Assembly: GCF_006345805.1 (NCBI RefSeq)
Contig: NC_042999.1
Coordinates: 43,772,001 to 43,836,000, forward strand
DNA from: Octopus sinensis
Lineage: Eukaryota
DNA length: 64,000 nt
Reading direction: 5' to 3'
Positions 50,959 to 63,940 of this stretch are shown here, in pieces (the first letter of the stretch is position 1; the number at the start of each line of letters is the position of its first letter). A program made the position numbers and the translations under genes. The notes beneath the pieces were generated by a model. The model had not been told where the DNA came from and did no database searches. It saw only the letters and a list, made by a program, of their open reading frames with translations.

Positions 50959-51205
50959 GGCGGCGAACTGGCAGAAACGTAGCCGTATTTCGTCTGCCGT
51001 TACGTTCTGGGTTCAAATTCTGCCGAGGTCGACTTTGCCTTTCATCCTTTCGGGGTCGATAAATTAAGTACCAGTTACGCACTGGGGTCGATGTAATCGA
51101 CTTAATCCGTTTGTCTGTCCTTGTTTGTCCCCTTGCTTGTCTGCCAAGATCTTCATGAAAAATGGGATAGATAATCGATGAAACACGATTGTGGGTAGTA
51201 AAGAA
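50958..51205 (+). mobile_element. SINE D long-tail with a 56-bp foreign insertion
   Basis: 51133-51188 matches 49639-49694; part of the head is deleted. Confidence 0.88.
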
Positions 51206-52793
51206 ATATATATATATGAATATATATATATGTAGATATATATATAGAGAGAGATTTATATCTATATACATATATATGTATATATATACATATGTATATG
51301 CATGATGCGTGTAATTATATTTATATCTATATACATATATATATGCATGATGCGTGTAATTATATATATATATATATAGAGAGAGACGGAGAGAGGGGGG
51401 GGGGAGAAGAGAGTGATTCAGATGAATATGGTACTTAAGTTGAGGCACCAGAATTTAGTACGGTATTATCCATACAATTAAATGTCGCATGAAACGATCG
51501 TACTACATTATCTCTGTATATCCTTGTTTGTATATATATATATATATATATATATATACTCACATACATTTATATACATACACATGTACACAGATGCACG
51601 TATCTATGAGTTTGTGTACTTATATGTAAGTATGTGTGTGTATATATCTACAGGAAATATAGTATTTGATGTGTGCGCGCGCGCGTGCACACAAAAACGC
51701 AGACATCGATAGACTGATACACGCCCATTCTCTCACATACATAATTCAACATTCATTCAAATAATAGTTGTCCTCCTTTTGCAGGTACAGTGCTCACTCG
51801 AGAACAAAGGACCATATGTTAGATACTTGGTGGGAAAAAAAGTTGACATTCACCTACTTAACTAACGAGAAGAAAAACCAAATAATCATTTTCTCCTTTG
51901 CTTGTTATTGTCATAGCTGTTGTACAAACCTATAAAGTGTTTTTATTCGTCAATCCCACGCTTGTTTGCGTCTGTCTTGTTCGATGTCTTCTGCAACTAG
52001 CAACATGTAGAAACTACCCAATGAGGAAATTTCTACTTGGTTGCTGCAAGGCAACTAAAGTTGAAGTAAATTATACTTTCTAGGTTTTTAAAAAAAAATC
52101 TTTTACCAAGAACAAAGCAATTCGTGGGGAGGAACAGTTGGGCAATGAACGTCGTACAGGAGGTAGGGATAGGTTCTCTCGCGAGTAAGATAAAATGGTC
52201 GCTTTCAATAAAGCTCCAATTGTTTAAGTTATGGGAAATAAAGTGCTACAAGTCATATGACAATATTGTCGTCTCTTTCTCTTATATTTATTTCATTCAA
52301 ATAAACAAACATTCAATTTCTACAAAATTAATGATTTAAGAATTGTTGTTCAATGGAGATTCTGAGTGAGAAATATAAAGTAGATTCTGTTCTTTTATTC
52401 GGATGAAAATGTACATGAAGTGGTTTTCAAAGAAATCAGAATTTATAACACGAATTCATGGAATAAATGTTTCTAACATAGGCAAAAACTTCGACTTTTT
52501 GCTATAAGATATTTTTAAAGAATCTACTATAATTCACTTTGGGTAAATGTACTTCTACTACAACCCTCGGGAAGACCAATGCTGTGTAGTGAATTTGGGT
52601 AACAAGAACTCTGTGTGTGTATGTGCGTGTGTGTTTGTGTGTGTGTGTCTGTGTGTCTGTGTGTATGTGTGTGTGTGTGTGCGTGCGTGCGCGTGTATGA
52701 CTGTGTCAAACTTAGTGCAAATCAATCAATGGTGTGTTTATAGTCTGCTACAGATCTACAATAAGTATTTCTTCAAATTACCTACATACTTGC

Positions 52794-52853
<60 letters not shown>

Positions 52854-53217
52854 CACACCAAAGTATACAAACACTGAGAGATAATAGACAGATATATTTG
52901 CTTACACTCATCACGTAGAGTTAACAAAGAGAGATATCTTTTCTATTATGTGGTATCTGGTATCTGGTTTACTATACTGTAAGCAACATGGTACTGCCTA
53001 CACTAGATTATTAAAGTAAAACTATCCCCATTGTATTGTGGAGAATAAAGGACAACCTGGACATTATTTTAATGAATTTGCTTTTGTTTCCTACACCATA
53101 GTGTCTGTGTTTAAGTTTACAGTGATATAACTTCATAAATGAAGTGAGTGAAGTTTAGATTTCATTTTTGAAATCCAAGTCGTATATAGATATTCTAACT
53201 TAATTCGTTATATATAT

Positions 53218-53253
<36 letters not shown>

Positions 53254-53271
53254 CTATATATATATAATATA

Positions 53272-53690
53272 CTACTTTTTACTCTCTTTTACTCTTTACT
53301 ACTTGTTTCAGTCATTTGACTGCGGCCATGCTGAATCACCGCCTTTAGTCGTGCAAATCGACCCCATGACTTATTCTTTGTAAGCCTAGTACTTATTCTA
53401 TCGGTCTTTTTTGCCGAACCGCTAAGTTACGGGGACATGAACACACCAGCATCGGTAGTCAAGCGATGTTGAGAGGACAAACACAGACACACAAACGCAC
53501 ACACATGTATATATATACATATACACGACAGGCTTCTTTCAGTTTCCGTCTACCAAATCCACTCACAAGGCTTTGGTCGGCCCGAGGCTATAGTAGAAGA
53601 CACTTGCCCAAGGTGCCACGCAGTGGGACTGAACCCGAACCATGTGGCTGGTAAGCAAGCTACTTACCACACAGCCACTCCTGCGCCTAT
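53272..53690 (-). mobile_element. SINE group B, near full length
   Basis: Homologous to other B copies. Confidence 0.92.
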
Positions 53691-53799
53691 ATACATACAT
53701 CATACATACATAATACATACATACATACATACATACATACATACGTACGTACGTACGTACGTACGTGCGTGCGTGCGTGTGTGTGGTGTGTGTGTGTGT

Positions 53800-54692
53800 G
53801 TCACTGATGGGTTTCAATTTTTAATAATTTCCTTGACTTTACAAATAAATGCATGAAATTTTGATACAATATAAAAGACTCTATGGAAATTAATATGCAC
53901 AAGGACGTGCTCCAACATGGCCACAGTCAAATCACTGAAACAAGTCAGAGTGTAAAAGAGTAAAGTCAAATTTTGAAACACCATTACATAACATGAAAAA
54001 TGACAGCGTTTAAATGGCTGCCATTTTAGGCTTCGCACGTCCGTGCTCTTTCCAAGACTTGCACCATTACTCCCTCAAGAGTTTCAGACCCCACTTCACT
54101 GATTTCTTTATTGATAGTCTCCTTTAGTTGCACCAAGATCTCCGGTTTGTTGACGTAAACCCTCTCTTTCAGGTATCCCCACAAAAAATCCAGGCTAGTC
54201 AAGTCTGGAGAACGTGTAAGCCAGTTGACATAGCAGGGGGTTATTCTCTCTCCAAAGCACTTCCGTGGCAACTGCATTGTTTCTCTTATGGTATGAGCAG
54301 TTGCTCCATCTTGCTGGAACCATGGTGTGAGGTCTACTTTGAATGGCCTTCACATTCCTCAGACTTGACTAGCCCGGAATTTTTTCTTGTGGGGAGAGAC
54401 TCTGGTGCAATTGAAGGAGAACATCAATAGAGAAATCAGAGAAGTGGGGTCTGAAACGCTTGGGGTGTTGTGGTGCAAGTTTTGGAAAGATCACGGATGT
54501 GCAAAGCTGAAAAGGGCTGCCATTTAAACAATGTCATTTTTCATGTGTGATGTTATAGTGTTGCAAAATTTGACTTGTGCATGATAATTTCCATAGTGTC
54601 TTTTATATTGTGTCAAAATTTCATGCATTTATTTGTAAAGTTAAGGAAGTTATTAAAAATTGAAACCCACCAGTGACTTTTGAGACACCCTG
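53800..54692. mobile_element. Tc1/mariner (rosa/DD41D-like) fold-back derivative made of two 3' ends
   Basis: Minus strand WFQQDGATAH...NWLTRSPDLTSLDFLWGYLKERVY; plus-strand mirror EWPSHSSDLTSPEFFL..LVQLKENINREI; right end ...GAGACACCCTG|TA; long inverted arms. Confidence 0.85.
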
Positions 54693-54743
54693 TATGTGTG
54701 TGTGTGTGTGTGTAGACACAGACGGGCGGACAGACAGATAGAC

Positions 54744-54803
<60 letters not shown>

Positions 54804-54884
54804 GGATGGATGGATGGATGGATGGATGGATGGATGGATGGATGGATGAATGGATGGATGGATGGATGGATAGATGGATGGATG

Positions 54885-54944
<60 letters not shown>

Positions 54945-54955
54945 TACATACATAT

Positions 54956-56220
54956 TGTTACGGTTGGCTAAGTGCATTTCGGGTTTAATTAGTGTAGTGT
55001 TTCTGGTGACCCACATTGGAATTATGGTTCCGGCATGGTGTCTAGTAGAAAAGTGACAGTCTTTTGTCTAATGGAGGACTAATGGTTTTGGAATGACCTG
55101 TGACCTCGTGCGGCTGAGAGAGGGTCAGGAGAATGTGAAAGAAAAAGGGACAGATTAGGGCTGAGAGCAAATAGAGATAGAGTATAAGCAGTAAGGGACG
55201 GATGGAGAGGCTAAGAGTCTGGCAGGCGATAGCGATAGAGTAGAGCAGAGGGCAAATAGAAAGGATAAGCAGTAAGGGACAGATAGAGAGGCTAAGGGAT
55301 TGAGGCATTATAGATAGAGTAAGGAATCAGAGAGCAGTTAGAAAGGGTAGGAGCGATATAGACAGAGGGAGATGAGGGAGTGGAAGTCAGGACAAGGAAG
55401 TGAGGTTTTTCTGGGCAGTCGTTGAGCGGTCGTCGAAGAACACAGACGGACTCTGGAGGTCAGAGCGAGTGGATGGAACCTTGGATTTAAGGAGCAAGCG
55501 TTGGAATTCCTGGGAGCGAGCTGGGATGCGAGGAGGCCTAGGAGCAAGCGATTGGAATATGCACAGAGGGGAATTAGCAGAGTATTCAGAGGATTTAGCA
55601 GGATTGAGAGGAATGGGACACTGGCAGATTCAATTAAGGTATTTAATTGTATTGATTGTGTATTGATATGTGTCACGAGGTAAAGAGACTGTAAAAGAAA
55701 AGAAAGAAAAGAAGAGAGAAAAAGAAGGACTCTGTCAATGTAGTCGATAAAGAACATTGTGAATTGAGTAAAGGACTTGTTGAATTGTAACGTGAATTGT
55801 TGTGATACGAACATTGTATAATGTATCGAAGTGTTCTGATTGGACTGACGTATCGTGAACATTATTTGATCTGGACTTGTTGTGTCGTTACTGAACACTG
55901 TTATATTGTTACATGATGTTGTATTATGCGTTGATCTGTTGTATTATGTATTGAGTAGTCACGTGCATGCTTTGATGTATTTGATGTGTAGCAATTAATT
56001 GTCGTATAAACTGTTGTTTGAATATAAGCCAGTGTTGCCAGTTGTTGCCTTGCCTCTTTGGGTTGTATCTCGGGTTGTGCCTCTGTATCTCTGTGCTGTT
56101 GAGGTTGTGGCAGTATCTATCTGTATCTCCTCTCTCCGCCTCTTTGGGTTCCGTGGCGGAACTTGAGTGTGAGCCGTTCGGGACGAGCGACGACGGGCGA
56201 TTCCAGTCCGTTCCGTAACA
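54956..56220 (-). mobile_element. Solo LTR (Gypsy-like)
   Basis: TGTTACGG...CCGTAACA termini; ATAT on both sides; ATTAAA about 30 nt from the minus-strand 3' end; orientation tentative. Confidence 0.72.
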
Positions 56221-57214
56221 ATATATTTATATATGTATGTATGTATGTAATCTTTATACAGACAGGCATATGTAGAAAATTAAAGGTGACTAATGTGAGG
56301 TAAATGCCGTTGAATTTGAATTGAGATTATTGATAGATAAACGGGTGCAAGGAAAATATAGAAATATTGGTAGGTACGGAGAAAGAGAAAGAGAAACAGA
56401 GAAAGGGAAAGAGAAACAAAAATGATGGACCTAGGGTTAAAGGCATTCTAATGATGATTGTCCCATTTAATTTTTGCTGAAAATATACCTGTACAATTTG
56501 TCCTTAGGAGGTTTTGTGGTGGCCATTGGAACAGTTCATGCAAACATTTGTAATGAAATATTTTGCTTTTAGCTAACAGTTAAAGAATACAAAAATGTTT
56601 GCGGATAGAACTAGATGTGTTTAAAACAAGACGTTTTCTGCTGCATCTGTTGTTATTTCTGGCTACGGTATCCATGAAATTTAGAGACATTGACAGGACA
56701 AGAAACCAACAAGCTAAGAAGATAAAAATATAATACACCAGAGACACAGTTCGTATACTTACAAAGTGATTATTTTATCACAACATTGTCAAGTACGATG
56801 CAGACCATACTTCGCTGGTGAGGTCAAAATAAGATAGAAACATGTACGTAGTTGTCTTCCGTAGTTTCTGAAAATTTGTAAGTAATATTTAGAATTGTTT
56901 GCCACATGACTTGATCTTGGATTTATTGTTGAAATCGAAAGAACAAAAATGAGGAAGAAAATCAGTGAAAATAATTACTAAGGTTTTATCATATGTATCT
57001 TAACGCATACATTTGATAAAACGCATGCCGTGAGTTCAGCTCTAAAATGCATTAAATACCGTGTCATAAAAGCAGAATGATGCCTGCCTTTTAGTCAGTG
57101 TCATATCAGTCATTACAGTCAAGCGTGTATACATATCTGTTACAATGTTTGCTGTGATGATTGAGTTAATTTTTAAAGATATGTCTCATTTCATGTGTGT
57201 GTTTAAAACTCTAA

Positions 57215-57640
57215 TAATAATCTTTTCTACTCTAGGCACAAGGCTTGAAATTTGGGGGGAGAGGCCAGTCGATTAGCTCGACCCCAATACACAACTGGTA
57301 TTTAATTTATCGACCTCGAAAGGATGGAAGGCAAAGTCAACCTCGGCGGAATTTGAACTCAGAACGTAAAGACAGACGAAATATCGCTTAGCAAGCATTT
57401 CGCCCGACGTACTAACGTTTCTTATTTCTTTACTGAACACAAGGGGCTACACACAGAGGGGACAAACAAAGACGTCGATTATATTGACCCCAGTGCGTAA
57501 CTGGTACTTATTTAATCGACCCCGAAAGGATGAAAGGCAAAGTCGACCTCGGCGGAATATGAACTCAGAACGTAGCGGCAGACGAAATACTGATAAGCAT
57601 TTCGCCCGGCGTGCTAACGTTTCTGCCATCTCGCCGCCTT
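57215..57640 (-). mobile_element. SINE D long-tail joined to an older D copy
   Basis: Junction CTAACGTTTC|TTATTTCTTT at about 57420, the same junction as at about 37935. Confidence 0.88.
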
Positions 57641-57963
57641 AACACTCTAATAATAATGAATATGTACTGTATTATGTGTATATATATCTGGGCGCGTGTG
57701 TGTAGGGACATTCATTTGCATAAAAAAAAGGCTCAGTATTTAAATTTTACATGCATAATTACAACCTAGTTGTATTCCCAGAATACACGCATACACACAT
57801 AAATGCATCACATAGATCACACACACATACACACATATACACATATACATATAAGTATATTGTATGTATTGTGTGTGTATGTACGTATGTATGTAATAAT
57901 ATATATATTTATATATACATTTACATATATACATGTATATATGCATATATATATATATATACG

Positions 57964-58019
<56 letters not shown>

Positions 58020-58113
58020 CGCATATATATACATATATATATGCATATACACAATATATACACATATATACACGTTATATATATATACACTCATATATAT
58101 ATGTCCATATATC

Positions 58114-58157
<44 letters not shown>

Positions 58158-58304
58158 ATATATTATATATATATATATACATACATACATGCATACACAC
58201 ACATAATCAGCAAATAGGGAAAAAAACAACGAAATTTCACGTCGTGCACTCTAAATATACTCTCTCTCTTCTTCTCTCTCTCTGTCTGTGTATATATATA
58301 TATA

Positions 58305-58345
<41 letters not shown>

Positions 58346-58790
58346 GAGGGAAGGAGTGTTAATGAAAGCATACAGATTTGCAAAATGCCCCGAAGGTTCA
58401 AAAAAATTACACAAAGCTTTGAACTTTCTGGATTACATATTTAATGTCGAGAGAAAGAGACATAAGAGTATTAATGAACGAAATTATTGGTTATTGTTAG
58501 TTATTAACTTAATATCTCCACCTCTATTCTACTCGTGGCTGTCTTAGTTTTTAATTAATTCTGCTCCTGCTGTTTAGATTTTTCGTCTTTTTAGTGTAGT
58601 ATCCATATAGAGCAGTGACGTAATAGCAGGGTGAACGAAGACAGCGTGTCTTATCATACACGTGTGCAGAGAACAACGAGCAGTGTTCGTTGTGAATATA
58701 ATTAGGCGTATATACCATAATATTTAGAGAAGTACGCCCCATAATTCTGAAGCCTCAAACTGATCGCGAGACCTTCTAGAAATAGCAGCG

Positions 58791-59492
58791 GGATCATTAC
58801 CTTTTGAACGGCAGTTTTCAACACAATTTCTAGTTAACTAAACATTTTTAAACTTCGTATACTGGTAGAATGTGTCAAAATAAAACATTTTTTTTTTCTC
58901 TTGGCTTTCTTGAGAAAATTGTAATTTGTAAGTTTAACGTAGTTTAATTTTTCGAATTTTAACCAATCCTATCGCCTCTATTGAGCTAAAATCATTTGCT
59001 GCGTCTAAAACAGACAACATCCTGTCACTAGCCCTAACCCTAACCCTAAATTTTAGCCTTTCGTTTTTTTTTTCTTAATTGTTAAATTAATTTAATTGTT
59101 ACGCGTGTGTCTAAAATTATTCGTTTTGTTTTTGTCTTAAGTTTTTGCTTTCGTTTTAGCCTTTCGTTTTGTTTCTTAATTGTTATCCTTAAATTAATTT
59201 AACAATTAAGAAAAAAAAACACGAAAGGCTAAAATTTAGGGTTAGGGTTAGGGCTAGTGACAGGATGTTGTCTGTTTTAGACGCAGCAAATGATTTTAGC
59301 TCAATAGAGGCGATAGGATTGGTTAAAATTCGAAAAATTAAACTACGTTAAACTTACAAATTACAATTTTCTCAAGAAAGCCAAGAGGAAATTTTTTTTT
59401 TATTTTGACACATTCTACCAGTATACAAAGTTTAAAAGTGTTTAGTTAACTAGAAATTGTGTTGAAAACTGCCATTCAAAAGGAAAAGATCC
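58791..59492. mobile_element. MITE, GGATC family, fold-back subfamily, 8-bp TSD
   Basis: TSD TAGCAGCG at 58783-58790 and 59493-59500; arms of about 290 bp with CCCTAACCCTAACCC / GGGTTAGGGTTAGGG. Confidence 0.93.
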
Positions 59493-59932
59493 TAGCAGCG
59501 AAATCTCACTCAAATTACACATCAGCTGTTTGAAAAATAGAAAAATATATAGATAGATAAATAAATAAAAGAATGATGTATTAGATAATAGTCGTTTGTA
59601 GTCAATGTCTGTATAAAAGACAGACTGATCATACTTGGAACGCCCTTAACATATGGCGGATATGAGGTTGGACAACAGTCTAACTGTGTATTTGAATGAG
59701 ATGTGCATAAATCGATAGCGTAAATAAAATCACTGTGAAGTTACTTAATCGATCATAGCTCAGTCATCTCAGTTTACAGCCCAATACTATTGACTGCAAA
59801 AGTACTTAACTCTGTAGAGAAATGCTTTCCAAATGGCGCGCTGCGAGCTGTAATTAAGGATACTGCGTGATGTAGCTAAGGTTACTACGAAATGCTACTA
59901 GAGATACTGCGAGATGCAACTATGTATATATA

Positions 59933-60161
59933 TTTCTTTACTACCCACAAGGGGCTAAACACAGAGGGGACAAACAAGGACAGACAAACGGATTAAGTCG
60001 ATTACATCGACCCCAGTGCGTAACTGGTACTTAATTTATCGACCCCGAAAGGATGAAAGGCAAAGTCGACCTCGGCGGAATTTGAACTCAGAACGTAACG
60101 GCAGACGAAATACGGCTACCCATTTCGCCCGGCGCGCTAACGTTTCTGCCAGCTCGCCGCC
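59933..60161 (-). mobile_element. SINE D long-tail, full length
   Basis: Reverse complement of 14894-15122. Confidence 0.9.
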
Positions 60162-60240
60162 TTTAAAATTTTTCGTCCTGTACCCATATATGCATATCTA
60201 TATACATATAATGTATGTATATACATATTGTATGTATATA

Positions 60241-60283
<43 letters not shown>

Positions 60284-60376
60284 ATACATATGTATATTAT
60301 ATATATATATATATGTATAATATATATATATATTAATGGTATGTATGTATGTATGTATGTATATGTATATATATAT

Positions 60377-60429
<53 letters not shown>

Positions 60430-61669
60430 CCTACTGGTTCATTGTCAAAGAAAAAAAGGAAACTATAAATAATTCATGCAGTGACCCACATTCTCTCTTT
60501 GTTACTTGTGTGTGTATTAACAAAGGAAAGGGCGGTGGATTGGAAGAATAATTAGACCGTCAGTCATTAGTTACGATCCTTGACGTTCTCAGTTCAAATC
60601 CGCCAAGGTCAGCTTTGCTTTCATCCTTTTAGGGTCGATAAAATAAAGTACCAGTTCATTTCTCAACTAGAGTTACTCGACCATTCTTTTCCCCCAAAGG
60701 GGTCGTCTTGTAGTTTTGTACCAATCTTACAATGCTGTACATATAGGTTCGAGAACAAGGCTTAAAAGAGAATCGGTGGAGCACCAAAATTGATGCTTCA
60801 TGTTATTTAGGCATGTTCACTTACGTTCTGAGTTCAAATCCTGCTGTGGTCAATTTGCTCTACGACCATTCAGTCACTGATAAATTTATGTAACAGCCAA
60901 GCTGTTGTTATTTAGCCCCAGGTAACCATTGAATAACACTCCAGTTTTGATCATTCCATCTTTTTATACTTTTTAAGGGCATGTATGTCTCCATTATCCA
61001 ACACATTCTTTCCAAAACCAGATGTTATTAAGTTCGCCATGGAGTGTTGGTCGGCTTTTTTTTATCTTTTACTTTTTCAGTCATTAGACTGTGGCCATGC
61101 TGGGGCACCGCCTTGCAGAAACATTAGTCGAATGAATCGACCCCCACGAAAATAGTAAAATTTTATTTTAAAATAATGTGAAAAAAAGTGAAAATTGAAA
61201 CTTTAAAAAAAAAGTTTTGATCAGTGCCATTTTAAGAGAGGCGCCACAAGTGATGTGTCACCGATACTTAGGAGAACCATAAATAAAGGAGCGATTTCGT
61301 TATATTTCGTTGAGGATACAAACCCATTTCTTCGATACAGTACTCTTTGGCCTATGAATACCTAAACATGACTTTGGTCTTGTTAATTGTGTTTCAATTT
61401 ATTGTAGTGGCATTTCGTCCATCTTTACGTTCTGACTTCAAATTCCGTTGAGGCCGACTTTGCCTTTCATTATTTCGTGGTCGATAAAATAAGTACCAGT
61501 TGAGCACTTGGGCCGATCTAATCGACTGATCCTCTCCTTGAAATTGCGGCCTTGTGTCATAATTCTGAAACCTGTTTTTTTTAATGAAGAATTACTTATT
61601 AATTACTTGAATGCTAAATAATGGCTTTGTTGGCTTAAATATATAAATATCTTTCTTTTATACTCTTTC

Positions 61670-61720
61670 CCCATCTTTGGTAGACAGAAAGTGAAAGAAG
61701 CCCATCGTATTATATATATA

Positions 61721-61767
<47 letters not shown>

Positions 61768-62000
61768 ATATGTCTGTATCTTTGTGTTTGTGTTGTATCC
61801 CCCCGCCACCGGCCACCTTTTTAACAACCGGTGTTGGTTTGCTTATGTTTCCGTAACTTAGCGGTTAGGTTAAAACGATCGATAGCACAAGTACAAGACT
61901 TTCAAAATAAATGCCGGAATCGATTTGTTCGACTAAAACCCTTTAAGATGATGCCCCAGCATGACCGCTGCCCATTGACTGAAACAAGTAAAAGATAAAA
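61670..62000 (+). mobile_element. SINE group B, 5'-truncated and diverged
   Basis: GTAGACAGAAAGTGAAAGAAGCCCATCG...GACTGAAACAAGTAAAAG. Confidence 0.78.
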
Positions 62001-62527
62001 GGTAAGAAGGTAAAAACAATTAAGTACACGAAAATATTTTCATTTTCATTTTATTTAGCACACAAAGAACAAAAAAAAACAGTTTGGATAATATTGCTCT
62101 CTAACATAGCACACCTTAGTGAAAATATGTAGCACACGCAAGTGTAGGTCACCGAAATTCACAGGGGAAAAAAACTATATATATATATAATTGGTGGGTA
62201 TATGTCAGTCTCCTTTTGTGCTGTCACTAGCTCAGTTATTTCGTTTTGTTGTGACACGCTAAAAATATGATATACTGTGAAAAAAAAATTTAAAAACCCT
62301 GCTGCTTTATTGTCAAATGGAGCTATAAATAATGCAGTGACCCGTATTATTTCCTTGTCACTTATATGTGTATAAATACAGTAAGGGTGTTGGGTTGTCA
62401 GAATAATAAAACGTAGGAAAACTTGCCTTACTGTATTTACTTATAGTCCTTGACGTTCTTAGTTCAAAACCGACAAGGTCAACATTGCTTTCATCATTTC
62501 AGGGTGGATAAAATAAAAACGATAAAC

Positions 62528-62835
62528 GTCGCCCTTTTCAAGCCTAGCCAGGCTCACGTGCCCGGTTTTCCGGTTTCTGTGGCGTATGTGTTCCTCCCAG
62601 GTGGACGGGATGCCAGTCCATCGCAGCGTTACTCAAATAACAGGAAGAGAGAGTGAGAGAAAGTTGGGGCGAAAGAGTACAACAGGGGTCACCGTCACCC
62701 CCTGCCGGAGCCTCGTGGAGCTTTTTTTATGTGTTTTCGCACAATAAACACACACAACGCCCAGTCTGGGAATCGAAACCGCGATCCTCCAACCGCGAGT
62801 CCGCTGCCCTAACCACTGGGCCATTGCGCCTCCAC
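62528..62835 (-). mobile_element. SINE group A head with tail type 3
   Basis: Minus tail GCGATGGACTGGCATCCCGTCCACCTGGG...GAAACCGGAAAACCGGG; homologous to 16085-16410. Confidence 0.85.
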
Positions 62836-62944
62836 GGATAAAATAACAGTACCAGTTAATTCCTGGAGGGGATTTTTTCTATTACGCATTCTATTAAAGG
62901 TGTGGTCCTATGCCAGTCTTAGAAACCAATATGTGTGGGTTGGA

Positions 62945-63160
62945 AGGCGGTGAGCTGGCACAATCGTTAGCACGCCGGCAAAAATGCTTAGCGGCATTTC
63001 GTCCATCTTTACGTTCTGAGTTCAAATTCCGCCGAGGTCGACTTTGCCTTTTATGCTTTCGGAGTCGATAAAATAGGTACCAGATGAGTACGGGGGACGA
63101 TGTAATCGACTTATCCCCTCCCTCGAAATTGGTAGTCTTGTGCCAAAATTTGAAACCAAT
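62945..63160 (+). mobile_element. SINE group D (short-tail)
   Basis: GGCGGTGAGCTGGCACAATCGTTAGCACGCCGG head and body. Confidence 0.85.
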
Positions 63161-63557
63161 ATATAGGTTCGAGGGTGAGGCTTATGACAGGATCGATAGG
63201 ACATTGAAATTCACGCCTTGTAGTATCTTAGTTATAATATGTTGCGTTCTGCGTTCAAATCTTGTCTAGAACAATTTCACATCTCTTTCAGAGATCGATA
63301 AAATAATGCACCAACTTGTTGCTGTTTTAACTCCAAGTCAACATTGATCGCAAAAACCTTCCAGTTTTGATGAGCCCGCCTTCTAATATACATGGCTGTG
63401 TGGCTAAGAGGCTCGCTTTGCAGCTACGTGATTCGCGTTCAGTTCCATTGCGCGGCACATTTTTTTTCTGGAAAGTTTTTTCTGGTATAGCCCCGGACTG
63501 ACTAATGAGTGAAGTTGGTTGACGGAAACGGTGTAGAAGCCAGTCGTATACATACAA

Positions 63558-63602
<45 letters not shown>

Positions 63603-63639
63603 GTGAACAAGGGAGACGGTGACGCTCTTGTAATCCCAA

Positions 63640-63940
63640 GGTGTAACCGCATCTGTAAGCTTATGTCATGTTTCTGTGGAAGACATCACGCATGTGATTA
63701 GCAGCTGTCCTAAAATGTCATCACAGGTACTACCTCCCTATGCGGCACGATGTTGTCGCTAAAACAATTTACAATGTCATCTGCAAAAAAGACTGTTCTT
63801 AAATAAACTTAGAAAAAAATCCCTCTGTTATGGAATACATTCATTAACACCAACTCAAGGAATATTAGTGGAATATTCCCATCAAAACTTCTGTCAAATG
63901 TAAACATAACAAGCCGGATATTGTTGTTTGGGATAGAGGT
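63640..63940 (+). pseudogene. R4/Dong-like non-LTR retrotransposon relic (CCHC knuckle plus start of restriction-like endonuclease)
   Basis: C.RIC...VEDITHVISSCPKMS / RYYLPMRHDVVAKTIYNVIC / *WNIPIKTSVKCKHNKPDIVVWDR; CxxC..H..C, RH and PD motifs; stops and frameshifts. Confidence 0.75.
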
